Source: Candidatus Poribacteria bacterium (lineage in GTDB: Bacteria > Poribacteria > WGA-4E > WGA-3G). From it: DNA of 64,000 bases. Within the stretch, counting starts at the first letter, position 1, and each line of letters begins with the position of its first letter. Under the pieces are notes generated by a model. It had not been told where the DNA came from. It saw only the letters and a list, made by a program, of their open reading frames with translations, and did no database searches. Both the position numbers and the translations under genes were made by a program. Where the stretch lies: the NCBI GenBank assembly GCA_965214095.1, contig OZ243938.1, forward strand, positions 5,120,001 to 5,184,000. The letters run 5' to 3'. Of this stretch, positions 10,480-20,050 are shown piece by piece.

Positions 10480-10508
10480 TTGACAGGTTTTCCTAAAAAT
10501 ACTACACT
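10480..10508 (+). promoter_or_regulatory. Putative sigma70 promoter
   Basis: TTGACA-N17-TACACT, 50 nt upstream of ATG 10558. Confidence 0.55.
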
Positions 10509-10557
10509 CTGTGCACATCTATATTTATTGGGCATTTCGCTAAGATAGAGGCAAACA

Positions 10558-11406
10558 ATGGATCCACTATGTTTAGAACACTGCATAACTGAATCTGAAA
10601 AACAACAATTTGAAGAAAACGGTTACTTTGCTGTTGAGGATGCAATTCCTCAAGAAATGGTTGAAAAATTATTAGTTGCATTTGACCGTATTGGTGCTGA
10701 GCATTTGGGTAAAGACGAATTCCCACCCCATGCAAGGTTCAATATACTTGACTTTGTAGGCAGAGATGACATCTTTATTGAACTTCTTGATTGGCACACA
10801 ACATTTCCAAAGGTATGGGGTATTTTGGGGTGGAATATCAAACTCTATCATTCACATATGATTGCCTTACCGCCTCTTCCAGAGAAAGAACATGATAAAC
10901 AAAAACGACTTGGTTGGCATCAGGATAGTGGAAGATTGAACATAGAATTGGAAGGAGACCCGCGTCCTCGTGTCTCATTGAAAGTTGCCTATTTCTTGAC
11001 TGATACATCGGTACCAGGACGTGGCAATTTCAGTGTGTTACCCGGCAGTCAAAAATTAAATAAAATAGAAATGCCTGAAGATGGCACTGCAGATCCTGAA
11101 ATCGCAACACCCGTTTTTGCAAAGCCTGGTACTGCTGTATTCTTTGACAGACGTTTATGGCATTCTGTCGGACGAAATACATCAGACATTACACGTAAAG
11201 TGATATTCTATGGATATAGTTATCGGTGGTTGCAGCCGCGGGACGATATGACGGTTGAGCATTATATGGAAAAATCTGACCCAATCCGCCAACAAATCTT
11301 AGGTAAGAGTACAGGAGGGATGGGGTATACTTCCCCTGGTGATAAAGATGTCCCGCTGCGTATATGGATTCAAGAAAACCTCGGTTCTGAAGCGGTTGCA
11401 AGATAA
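10558..11406 (+). CDS. Phytanoyl-CoA dioxygenase (PhyH) family Fe(II)/2OG dioxygenase
   Basis: FEENGYFAVEDA, WHQD (HxD), VLPGS, GTAVFFDRRLWH...N.S...R. Confidence 0.9.
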   Translation: MDPLCLEHCITESEKQQFEENGYFAVEDAIPQEMVEKLLVAFDRIGAEHLGKDEFPPHARFNILDFVGRDDIFIELLDWHTTFPKVWGILGWNIKLYHSHMIALPPLPEKEHDKQKRLGWHQDSGRLNIELEGDPRPRVSLKVAYFLTDTSVPGRGNFSVLPGSQKLNKIEMPEDGTADPEIATPVFAKPGTAVFFDRRLWHSVGRNTSDITRKVIFYGYSYRWLQPRDDMTVEHYMEKSDPIRQQILGKSTGGMGYTSPGDKDVPLRIWIQENLGSEAVAR

Positions 11407-11518
11407 TCTATAGTTATCTTTAACAGAAATAATTTTCCTTAATTCTACTTTAAACGTGTTTGTAGTCGTGCAATTTATTGCGCCTCGGACATTCTTCTTA
11501 AATTGATACGGTAAATTT

Positions 11519-12706
11519 CTACCAATCACCCCGCCGATCCTCCCAGAGACGCTCTTTCAAAACATCCTCATTAAGTTCTGTTCCCCAACCAGGACCTGTT
11601 GGTATTTTCATATTGCCATCAACAATTTCAGGTACATCTGTCGTCAAATCATCTTTCCAAGGCACATCATCAATATCAACTTCCATAATACGCACATTCG
11701 GCAAAACAGCACAGAGACTCGCACTGACAAATGTCGCAAGATGGCTATAATAGTTGTGTGGAGCAACATTGAATTGATACACATCCGCTAAATCACCAAT
11801 TTTCTTTGACTGAGCAAAACCATTCCAAGGCACATCAATCATAAACACATCCGCAGCACGAGAATCAAAGTATGGAATATATTCACGCATATAGTATAGA
11901 TTTTCACCGGTGCAAATCTTAGTTGTCGTAGAATCCTTAATCTGCCGAATTGCTTCATGGTCATACATATCTATTTCCAACCACAATAAGTTGTAGGGTT
12001 CCAACATCTTAGCTATTTGCATACATGCCTCAGGTTTGAAATTAAAGTTCAGATCAAGATTGAGACCGATATCAGGACCGATGGCTTCTCTAAATGTTGC
12101 TATCAATGTTTCAATGTGATTAAGAAGTTGTGTTGATACATTTCCGTCAGTAGAACCAGGTCCTTCCCCAAATCCGCTGAAATAAACAGATGCTGGATCT
12201 CCCGGTATGACAATATTTGTCTTTAATGCAGTGAAACCTTTCTCAACCACTTCATGACCTAAGGCAGCAATGTCCGCCATTGTTCTTAAAGGTGGAACAC
12301 CCATCAACTCATAATATCTTGCACGAGACGACCCACAATGTGACCAGTAGACACGAACTTCATCACGAGTCGGTCCACCGAAGAGCTCCACAACGGATAT
12401 TCCCAATGCCTTTGCCTTGATGTCAACAAGAGCCAATTCAATTCCTGCAATTGCTTTTGCCGCGATGCCACCTGGACTCTGTCGTGAACCGCGTATCATA
12501 TCCCAAAACCGCATTTCATAAGCACGCGGATCACGACCAATCAGTAGCGGTGTTAGGTCTTTAATTGCACCTGAAACTCCGTTAGGGTTTCTCCCGTCAC
12601 TACATTCACCATAACCAGTGACACCTTCATCCGTTTCAACCTTGACAAATATCCACGGTCTCCATCCACCATCAACAATAAATGTATCAATATTTGTTAT
12701 CTTCAT
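11519..12706 (-). CDS. Mandelate racemase/muconate lactonizing enzyme family (sugar-acid dehydratase-like)
   Basis: VKVETDEGVTGYGE, GIELALVDIKAKALG, CTGE, APHN, PTGPGWG. Confidence 0.9.
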   Translation of the reverse strand: MKITNIDTFIVDGGWRPWIFVKVETDEGVTGYGECSDGRNPNGVSGAIKDLTPLLIGRDPRAYEMRFWDMIRGSRQSPGGIAAKAIAGIELALVDIKAKALGISVVELFGGPTRDEVRVYWSHCGSSRARYYELMGVPPLRTMADIAALGHEVVEKGFTALKTNIVIPGDPASVYFSGFGEGPGSTDGNVSTQLLNHIETLIATFREAIGPDIGLNLDLNFNFKPEACMQIAKMLEPYNLLWLEIDMYDHEAIRQIKDSTTTKICTGENLYYMREYIPYFDSRAADVFMIDVPWNGFAQSKKIGDLADVYQFNVAPHNYYSHLATFVSASLCAVLPNVRIMEVDIDDVPWKDDLTTDVPEIVDGNMKIPTGPGWGTELNEDVLKERLWEDRRGDW

Positions 12707-12727
12707 AGATTTACTCAAAAAAGTTTG

Positions 12728-13720
12728 CTACAACACTACAATTTCACCACATTGTTCAGATGCACGCAATGCATCACAGACACGCATTGTGTCTACCGCA
12801 GCACTTGTCCAAATAGGTTCAAGATTATCTGATTGAACATTAGACGAAAAACGCTCAATCATATTGACTTCCTGAATACAAACATCAGTCTCATATTTGT
12901 CGTTATTTTCTCCGTGAATCCAAAACCTTGCCGTTTCTTCAGAACTTGGTATAGTGAAATCATCACAGACAAGTGATCCTTGCGTTCCTGCCACCTCAAA
13001 CCATCTTCTCAATCCCGTATCAAACCCGCAGTCGAATGTCGCAATCCGTTCACCTTCAAACCAAAGTAGACCTGAAAAATTGTAATCAACACCGACCTTA
13101 TATCGTGCTGTTGCATAAACTTGTGTAGGTAACGCTTCAAATGCCCAAAGTATAGCACGAACACAATAATAACCGAGATCCCCAAGACAACCGCCACCTA
13201 ACTCTGGTTTTGCCCTAATATTATTTATCTGTATCGTTTGCCAGTTGAATGTAAAGGCTGCAGTAACCCTACGCAGGTCCCCTAAACTATCCAGCTTTTG
13301 CTTCATCAACTCAGTTCGATCATGATGTACCCACATCACACCATCCATAAGTTGGACACTGTTTTTTTGGCAAGTTTCCGCCATCATTTTTGCTTCATCA
13401 GAATTAGTAGAAAGCGGTTTCTCGCAAAGGATATGCTTACCAAGTTTTGCTGCTCGGATTGTCCATTCTGCATGCATTGATGGTGGAAGTGGGATGTAGA
13501 CCGCATCTATGGTCTCATCAGAAAGGAGTTCATCGTAAGAACCGTAAGCGTTTGGCACATTATGATTCTGTGCCCATGATGCCGCCCGTTCTTCTGTGCG
13601 ACTGGCAATAGCAATCAACTCTGCATTTGAGGAAAGGTTGATAGCACGCGCAATTTTTGTGGCAATATTCGCAGTACTTAAAATACCCCATCGGACAGGT
13701 GCTTTTGTTTCAGTTTTCAT
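12728..13720 (-). CDS. Gfo/Idh/MocA family oxidoreductase (xylose/glucose dehydrogenase-like)
   Basis: WGILSTANIA, DAVYIPLP..MHAEW, GKHILCEKPL, GGGCLGDLGYY. Confidence 0.92.
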   Translation of the reverse strand: MKTETKAPVRWGILSTANIATKIARAINLSSNAELIAIASRTEERAASWAQNHNVPNAYGSYDELLSDETIDAVYIPLPPSMHAEWTIRAAKLGKHILCEKPLSTNSDEAKMMAETCQKNSVQLMDGVMWVHHDRTELMKQKLDSLGDLRRVTAAFTFNWQTIQINNIRAKPELGGGCLGDLGYYCVRAILWAFEALPTQVYATARYKVGVDYNFSGLLWFEGERIATFDCGFDTGLRRWFEVAGTQGSLVCDDFTIPSSEETARFWIHGENNDKYETDVCIQEVNMIERFSSNVQSDNLEPIWTSAAVDTMRVCDALRASEQCGEIVVL

Positions 13721-13802
13721 ATATTAATTCTGTTGTAATTTGTGATAGTACTTGTTCATTACTATATCCAAAAACACAGAATTCGTCAAGCGATAATAGT
13801 AG

Positions 13803-13877
13803 TGTTCTGTCTACACCAATCTTGTAGGTCGGGTAGAGGCACGAAACCCGACATGCAATGTCCGAATGGACACTCCA
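13803..13877. mobile_element. MITE with 4-bp NTAN target duplication (IS701-like), single REP
   Basis: Ends TGTTCTGTC...GACACTCCA, flanked by GTAG on both sides. Homologs at 52681-52803 (CTAG), 55823-55861 and 60393-60707 (CTAT). Confidence 0.72.
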
Positions 13878-13885
13878 GTAGTATA

Positions 13886-14294
13886 CAGTTTTTTAGTTTT
13901 AGGGTTTTTGTTCAATATTATTTACAAACGTAAAATTCATTATGGGTTTGGCTCTGCAAAGTTCCTATTCCCAGGTTGACGTTTATTTTCTTAATGGCAC
14001 TTTGATATTTCAGACTCTTATCCTGAAAATCCTATAATCCTGAAAATCCTGGTTCAGACAAGAATCAATATATCCAATAAATTCAGTGATGGGACCGATG
14101 CGGGGACTTAACAGCAAGTTAACCTCAATAATTACGAAAACTTAAAACTATAGTAAAACGGACAATTAATGAAACATATTGTCCCAATTGCCTATTCATA
14201 TAATGTCCGAGGCGCAATGAATTGCGCGACTACAAACGTGTTTTCCTAAATGTAAAGTGTATTGTTAATTTCAAATTTCACTATAAATATCCCT
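13886..14294. mobile_element. CAG-ended (ISAs1-like) MITE with AATCCTG repeats, interrupted by a TA-type MITE at 14151-14283
   Basis: Ends CAGTTTTTTAGTTTTAGGG and CTTAAAAC[TA]AATATCCCT. Removing 14151-14283 plus one TA restores the terminal repeat seen at 38407, 44025 and 61157/61380. Confidence 0.65.
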
Positions 14295-14311
14295 AAAATG
14301 TACATAAAATA

Positions 14312-14340
14312 TTGACATCTATCTCTCTTAATGATAAACT
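14312..14340 (+). promoter_or_regulatory. Putative sigma70 promoter of argC
   Basis: TTGACA-N17-TAAACT with extended TG. Confidence 0.6.
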
Positions 14341-14373
14341 ATGTCAATTAAAATCAATACAAAGGTAAGAGCA

Positions 14374-15417
14374 ATGACAAAGATAGGTATTGTAGGCGCA
14401 TCTGGTTATGGCGGAAGTGAATTACTCAGATTCCTCGTCAACCATCAAGGTGGACTAAACATTGAACTCGCCACCTCCGAGACCTACGCAGGTAAGCGCG
14501 TGGATCATGTCTTACCACATCTGCGAGGATTCGTAGATATTGAGTTCGAACCATTGGAAATAGATTCACTAAGAGAGCGAGTGGATGTTGTCGTGCTTGC
14601 CGTTCCGCACAAAGTCGCTATGACGTATGCACCACAGATTCTTGAACAAGACTTACGGGTGGTTGATTTTAGTGCGGATTACCGATTGAATGACGTAGAC
14701 ACATATACCAACTGGTACCACGTTGACCATACCAGTCCGGAACTTATACAAAATGCTGTCTACGGATTGCCAGAACGTTATCGTGAGAAAATCAGAGATG
14801 CACAACTCGTCGCAAATCCCGGCTGTTATCCAACAAGTTCAATACTTGCCACAATACCACTGTTAAACAATAGACTCATTGAATTGGATTCTATCATCAT
14901 AGATTCAAAGTCGGGTATTTCTGGGGCAGGACCTAAACCTAAAGACACTACACACTATCCAAATCGTGAGTCAAATCTTGTCGCCTACAACATCGGAAAA
15001 CACCGACACACACCAGAGATTGAACAAGAGTTAGCCGCAGTTGCTGGAGAGGATGTTACTTTGACCTTCACGCCACATTTAGTTCCTATGACGCGCGGCA
15101 TCTTAAGCACTGTCTATGCACGCCTAAAAAATCCTCTTGATACAGAGACATTACTCGAAACTTACACATCATTTTATAGTAACGAACCATTCATCAGAGT
15201 TCTTGATAAAGACATTTATCCAGAAACAAAAGCTGTTCTCGGTAGCAATTATTGTCATATCGGTATAGATGTAGACGAGAGAACACAACGTATCGTCGCT
15301 ATGGCAGCACTTGATAATCTTGGCAAAGGTGCAGCAGGTGCCGCTTTACAAAATCTTAATCTCATGTTCGGCTACGACGAAACAGATGGACTTAATTCAC
15401 CAGGATTAATGCCATAA
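14374..15417 (+). CDS. argC: N-acetyl-gamma-glutamyl-phosphate reductase
   Basis: IVGASGYGGSEL, DFSADYRL, ANPGCYPT, SGISGAG, HRHTPEI, FTPHLVPMTRG, DNLGKGAAG.A.QN.N. Confidence 0.97.
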   Translation: MTKIGIVGASGYGGSELLRFLVNHQGGLNIELATSETYAGKRVDHVLPHLRGFVDIEFEPLEIDSLRERVDVVVLAVPHKVAMTYAPQILEQDLRVVDFSADYRLNDVDTYTNWYHVDHTSPELIQNAVYGLPERYREKIRDAQLVANPGCYPTSSILATIPLLNNRLIELDSIIIDSKSGISGAGPKPKDTTHYPNRESNLVAYNIGKHRHTPEIEQELAAVAGEDVTLTFTPHLVPMTRGILSTVYARLKNPLDTETLLETYTSFYSNEPFIRVLDKDIYPETKAVLGSNYCHIGIDVDERTQRIVAMAALDNLGKGAAGAALQNLNLMFGYDETDGLNSPGLMP

Positions 15418-15623
15418 CTACGGTAAAATGACCATTCTCTGTTGTTGCTATAGTTTAGACAGTTTTTAATGGATTTACGCATTTTTGTGATTGTTCCAAT
15501 AATTCTGAATAAAAGTTGGAATTATTATCAAATTTCTGAGTAGTCAGCACCTACAAAGCACGTCTACTACCTATGTTCACATGACCTATAATTTCGAATT
15601 GAAACTGGAATAGGAGAAATTTG

Positions 15624-16406
15624 ATGATGGTAAACTTAATACTTTCGCGATACTTTATGATATTTGTTGTATTTATGGTATCTATCTTGCCTCAATCCAT
15701 TTATGCCCAAGATAAAAACACTGTTCTATTGTATACATTTGATTCCGGGGACGGTGATGTTGTCAAAGACTTATCTGGAAACGGGAACGATGGCACATTA
15801 ATGGGAAGTGCAGATTGGGATAATGGAAAACTTGGAAACGCGCTTGTTTTTGGTGGAAACGGACCAAAAGATTTCGTTGATATTCCTGATAGTGACAGTC
15901 TTGATCTTGTGACCGAACTCACAGTTGAAATGTGGGTTTATCTGAATGCACATTCAACAGCTGGAGGTACCGGGGTTACAAAAGAGAAATCATATAAAAT
16001 TGGACCGAGAAGCAACAAAAGATCTATACTTCGAATGACGACTACTAAAAATGACTGGGTGAGTGCTATTGTAATTGGGGAAAAACCGTTACCGCTTAAC
16101 ACTTGGTTTCATATAGCAGGCACTTACGATGCAAAGTCTGGTGATGGTATATTATACTTCAATGGAGAATTGGACAGTGAAAACAATATTGGTGGTGATA
16201 TTGTACCAAACGATGGTGTAGTTTGGCTTGGACGCGGTTCTAGCCCGTTTTTAGATGGGTATATGGATGAAGTACGAATCTCCAATGTAGTACGTCCACT
16301 GAAAGAAATACAACATTTGATGAACGCTGGCATTGAAGGTGTGCTTTCTGTGTCACCAAATGATAAATTAGCAACTTCATGGGGAAAACTCAAAAGCAAA
16401 TTATAA
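15624..16406 (+). CDS. Secreted LamG/concanavalin A-like domain protein with C-terminal KLATSWGKLK motif
   Basis: Signal peptide, DLSGNGNDGTL, TVEMWV, WFHIAGTYD, G.MDEVRIS. Confidence 0.88.
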   Translation: MMVNLILSRYFMIFVVFMVSILPQSIYAQDKNTVLLYTFDSGDGDVVKDLSGNGNDGTLMGSADWDNGKLGNALVFGGNGPKDFVDIPDSDSLDLVTELTVEMWVYLNAHSTAGGTGVTKEKSYKIGPRSNKRSILRMTTTKNDWVSAIVIGEKPLPLNTWFHIAGTYDAKSGDGILYFNGELDSENNIGGDIVPNDGVVWLGRGSSPFLDGYMDEVRISNVVRPLKEIQHLMNAGIEGVLSVSPNDKLATSWGKLKSKL

Positions 16407-16547
16407 TAACGTGAGTTTGATAAATCAAATTCTTGTATTCGGTGAAGTTAGGAAACCCGCTATAGTCGTCAATTTCAGGAGATATTCTCTTGTTGGAGGG
16501 TTTCCAACCCGATTACCACTTTTTTACAAACCTAGTCCACCCCGTCT

Positions 16548-17702
16548 ATGAAACTTATGATTGTTGTAGGAGAACCTTCTGGTGACCTGCAAGCCTCACA
16601 TGTCGCACATGCACTTAGAACGCGCTGCCCAGATATTAGTCTATATGGAATGGGTGGCGATATGATGAAAGAGGCGGGTGTGTCACTTGTTATCCACATA
16701 CAAGATTCGGCAGTTATGGGGATCGCTGAAGCCTTCGCAGTCCTACCGAAGTTCCTAAAAAAACAATCACTCTTAAAACAACATCTCAGAGAAAACCGTC
16801 CAGATGCTTTACTCCTCGTGGATTTTGCGGAATTCAATACTCCTTTAGCAAAATACGCTAAATCGCAAGGAGTACCAGTCATCTATTATATCCCACCGAA
16901 AGCGTGGGCATGGCGACCAGGTAGAGCAAAAAAACTCGCAAAACGCACAAATGTCATCGCTTCTATCTTCCCATTTGAAACGGAATTCTATCAAAAAGCA
17001 GGGGCAAATGCAGTATTCGTTGGACACCCATTGGTTGACTTTGCTAAGACACACATATCTATGAGGAAAGCACGGCAAAAACTCAACCTTAAAGAACATA
17101 CCTCTGTTATTGGCTTAATGCCCGGTAGCAGACGTTCTGAAGTCCAACGTATTCTCCCAATCATGCTAAAAGCAGCTGCAAACATATCGCAGCTTATCCC
17201 TGATACAGAATGGGTTCTACCCATCGCACCTAGTATTTCTGAAGAATTAATATCCGACTGCAAGAAAGGAATAGAAGGAATTCCAACAATCAAAATAATT
17301 CATGATGAAACTTATACAGCCATGCGCGCTGCGCATTTGATGCTTGTCACTTCTGGTACAGCTACACTTGAAACGGCATGCATTGGTACTGCGATGATCA
17401 TCCTATATCGCACATCGTGGCTCAATTGGAGGATAATCAAAGCACTAACACCTTTAGAACATAGCGGGTGGCCTAATCTCATTGCAGGAAAACGGATCGT
17501 CCCAGAACTTCTTCAATCAGATCTTTCATCCGAATCACTAACAGAACAGACAATTGAACTGATTAAAAACCCCAAATTATGGGTTACACAACGGGAAGCA
17601 CTTGAAGCAGTACATAAACAACTCGGTGAACCTGGTGCTGCAGAAAGAACAGCACAATTGGTCTTAGACGAAATTAAATCATCACACCACCCTACACAAT
17701 GA
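16548..17702 (+). CDS. lpxB: Lipid-A-disaccharide synthase
   Basis: VVGEPSGD, VDFAEFN, YYIPPKAWAWR, FPFE..FY, FVGHPL, PGSR.SE, SGTATLE, PELLQ. Confidence 0.96.
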   Translation: MKLMIVVGEPSGDLQASHVAHALRTRCPDISLYGMGGDMMKEAGVSLVIHIQDSAVMGIAEAFAVLPKFLKKQSLLKQHLRENRPDALLLVDFAEFNTPLAKYAKSQGVPVIYYIPPKAWAWRPGRAKKLAKRTNVIASIFPFETEFYQKAGANAVFVGHPLVDFAKTHISMRKARQKLNLKEHTSVIGLMPGSRRSEVQRILPIMLKAAANISQLIPDTEWVLPIAPSISEELISDCKKGIEGIPTIKIIHDETYTAMRAAHLMLVTSGTATLETACIGTAMIILYRTSWLNWRIIKALTPLEHSGWPNLIAGKRIVPELLQSDLSSESLTEQTIELIKNPKLWVTQREALEAVHKQLGEPGAAERTAQLVLDEIKSSHHPTQ

Positions 17703-18817
17703 AACGCACCTTCTATAATTTCATCACGACAGAACAACGTGGTTTCCTTCCAAACCTATTCCGCATATTCCTAATGCCGTTGTGTGGTCTCTACAGTCTC
17801 ATCGCCATGATACGAAATTACTGCTACAATGTAGGTATCTTTAAGCAGCAGAAACTTCCGTGCGTTGTCATTAGTATTGGGAATATAGTTGTGGGAGGAA
17901 CAGGAAAAACACCAACTGTCGCCGCAATTGCAAAGATGCTGCAAAATAACGAAACAAAAGTCGCAATACTACTCCGGGGCTACAAACGCAAGAGCGACAA
18001 CGAAATAACAATAGTATCGGATGGTAAGAACTTGTTATGTTCAAGAGAAGAAAGCGGTGATGAAGCGAACATGCTGGCACACCAACTCTCTGAAATTCCA
18101 ATCATCGTTGGAAAACAACGATACCTTATAGGTGAAGCAGCCATTAGTAAATTCAACAGTCAAGTACTAATCCTTGACGATGGATATCAACACCGGAGAT
18201 TAGCACGAGACCTTGACATTCTCATAATTGATGCAACGCAACCCTACGGTACTGGTTCACTCCTACCTATAGGAACATTGAGAGAACCCAAATCATCCAT
18301 AAAACGTGCAGACATCATTCTCCTGACACGGACAGATGTAAAGGGTATAAACATTGAACAACTGAAGACAGAACTCAACCAATTAGCACCGAATACACCT
18401 ATCTTAGAAAGTATCCACAAACCAACATCGTTGTCCCAACTAAATCAAACAGACGATAACTCCACGATGCCTCTGAATTATCTCTCAGGGAAACGACTAC
18501 TTGCTGTGAGTGGAATCGGAAACCCAAATGCATTCGCTAAAACACTTGAAAAACATCATCCTGACAAAGTTGAGTTGTTAGCCTTTCCAGATCACCATGT
18601 CTATTCCGAATCCGATATACAACAGATTCAACGGAAGTTCAAACAGGTTAATGCAGAATGCATCATAACCACCCAAAAAGATGAACATAAATTCGCAGAT
18701 CTCAACACAGACTTGCCGATATTTGTATTAGCGATAGATTTAGTCATCACAGAAGGTAAGAAAGTCCTCTTAGATAAATTGCTAATTTATCAAAAAGCCG
18801 AAACCATTTCTCAATAA
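17699..18817 (+). CDS. lpxK: Tetraacyldisaccharide 4'-kinase
   Basis: ISIGNIVVGGTGKTP, RGYK, GDE, LDDGYQH, LLPIGTLREP, FPDHH, TTQKD. Overlaps the lpxB stop. Confidence 0.96.
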   Translation: MKRTFYNFITTEQRGFLPNLFRIFLMPLCGLYSLIAMIRNYCYNVGIFKQQKLPCVVISIGNIVVGGTGKTPTVAAIAKMLQNNETKVAILLRGYKRKSDNEITIVSDGKNLLCSREESGDEANMLAHQLSEIPIIVGKQRYLIGEAAISKFNSQVLILDDGYQHRRLARDLDILIIDATQPYGTGSLLPIGTLREPKSSIKRADIILLTRTDVKGINIEQLKTELNQLAPNTPILESIHKPTSLSQLNQTDDNSTMPLNYLSGKRLLAVSGIGNPNAFAKTLEKHHPDKVELLAFPDHHVYSESDIQQIQRKFKQVNAECIITTQKDEHKFADLNTDLPIFVLAIDLVITEGKKVLLDKLLIYQKAETISQ

Positions 18818-18820
18818 TAA

Positions 18821-18932
18821 TACCATTTCTAATAGAAAACGCCGCATTTTTGTAGCACAAACTGCCAGTTTGTGCAGTCCTTCAAGAGATTCCTAACAAA
18901 TTTTAATGGGACAAACATTTATAGAAATGGTA
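18821..18932. mobile_element. MITE with TACCATTTCTA/TAGAAATGGTA terminal inverted repeats carrying REP GTAGCACAAACTGCCAGTTTGTGC
   Basis: Perfect 11-bp TIR. The same right end also occurs at 8608-8618 and 25188-25198. Confidence 0.62.
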
Positions 18933-19042
18933 TAACTTCACTATAAGAAACAGACCTTTTGTAAATGAACACTCCAGTAGTCGCGCAATTCATTGCGCCT
19001 CTTACATTCATTTATGGGATTTACTTGTCAGAATTGGCATAA

Positions 19043-19948
19043 CTACTCAGGTATTGCAACACCTTCATTTGCTGTCATTTCAGCATATAACTCCTGCAAA
19101 CGTGCTGTCATCGGACCAGGATTCCCCGTGCCAATCTGTCTGCCATCCACTTCCAACACCGGACTTAACTCCCCTACAGTACCTGTAGTGAACATCTCGT
19201 CAGCAGTATATACCTCTGTCAAAGAGACGTTCCGCTCCACCATAGGGATCTCAGCTTGTCGTGCAAGATGGATAACATTACCGCGCGTAATACCCGGCAG
19301 ACAACTATCCGCGTGTGAGGTAATCACTTCCCCACGTTTCACTATAAAGATATTGGTTGCATTCGTTTCAGAGACAAAACCGAATACGTCAAGCATGATC
19401 GCATCGTCTACGCCTGCCACATTCGCTTCAATCTTCGCAAGAATGTTATTAATCAGATTGTTATGATGAATCTTGGAATCGATACACTGTGCAGGATTTC
19501 TCCGAATAGCTGATGTTACCAAACGAACACCAGTACTTGCATATATCGGTGCTTTCCATTCTGCCAATACTATAAGACAAGTACCATACTGATTGACATG
19601 TGGGTTCATGCTTGAGGTAACCTTTTTCCCACGGCTTAACGTCAGACGTATATGTACTTCATCGCGCATGCCATTTGCTTGGAGCGTTTCAAAGATTGCA
19701 GCTTTGATCTCATCACGAGAAGGTATCCCTTCAAACGCCATCGCATGTGCCGAGTCTATCAATCGGTCTAAGTGTGGATCCAAGGCAAAGATCTTTCCTT
19801 TATAGATACGTAAACCTTCCCAAACACCATCTCCTCCTTGTACAAGACTATCAAATACAGATATTTTCGCATCTTCACGCGGTAGCAATTCACCACCAAC
19901 ATGTATCAATATATTTTCATTACGCGCATCAGGCAATTGTGGTTGCAT
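19043..19948 (-). CDS. Class IV PLP-dependent aminotransferase (branched-chain/D-amino acid type)
   Basis: AKISVFD...GDGVWEGLR, HLDRL, ETNATNIF, LPGITR, ADEMFTTGT. Confidence 0.9.
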   Translation of the reverse strand: MQPQLPDARNENILIHVGGELLPREDAKISVFDSLVQGGDGVWEGLRIYKGKIFALDPHLDRLIDSAHAMAFEGIPSRDEIKAAIFETLQANGMRDEVHIRLTLSRGKKVTSSMNPHVNQYGTCLIVLAEWKAPIYASTGVRLVTSAIRRNPAQCIDSKIHHNNLINNILAKIEANVAGVDDAIMLDVFGFVSETNATNIFIVKRGEVITSHADSCLPGITRGNVIHLARQAEIPMVERNVSLTEVYTADEMFTTGTVGELSPVLEVDGRQIGTGNPGPMTARLQELYAEMTANEGVAIPE

Positions 19949-20050
19949 TCATTCTCCTCTTTCCATTAGTTTTATTTTATTCAATCAATTTCTCAATACA
20001 TATATAATACCAAAACACAGATGAAATGGCAATTAACTTCCATAACAGAA

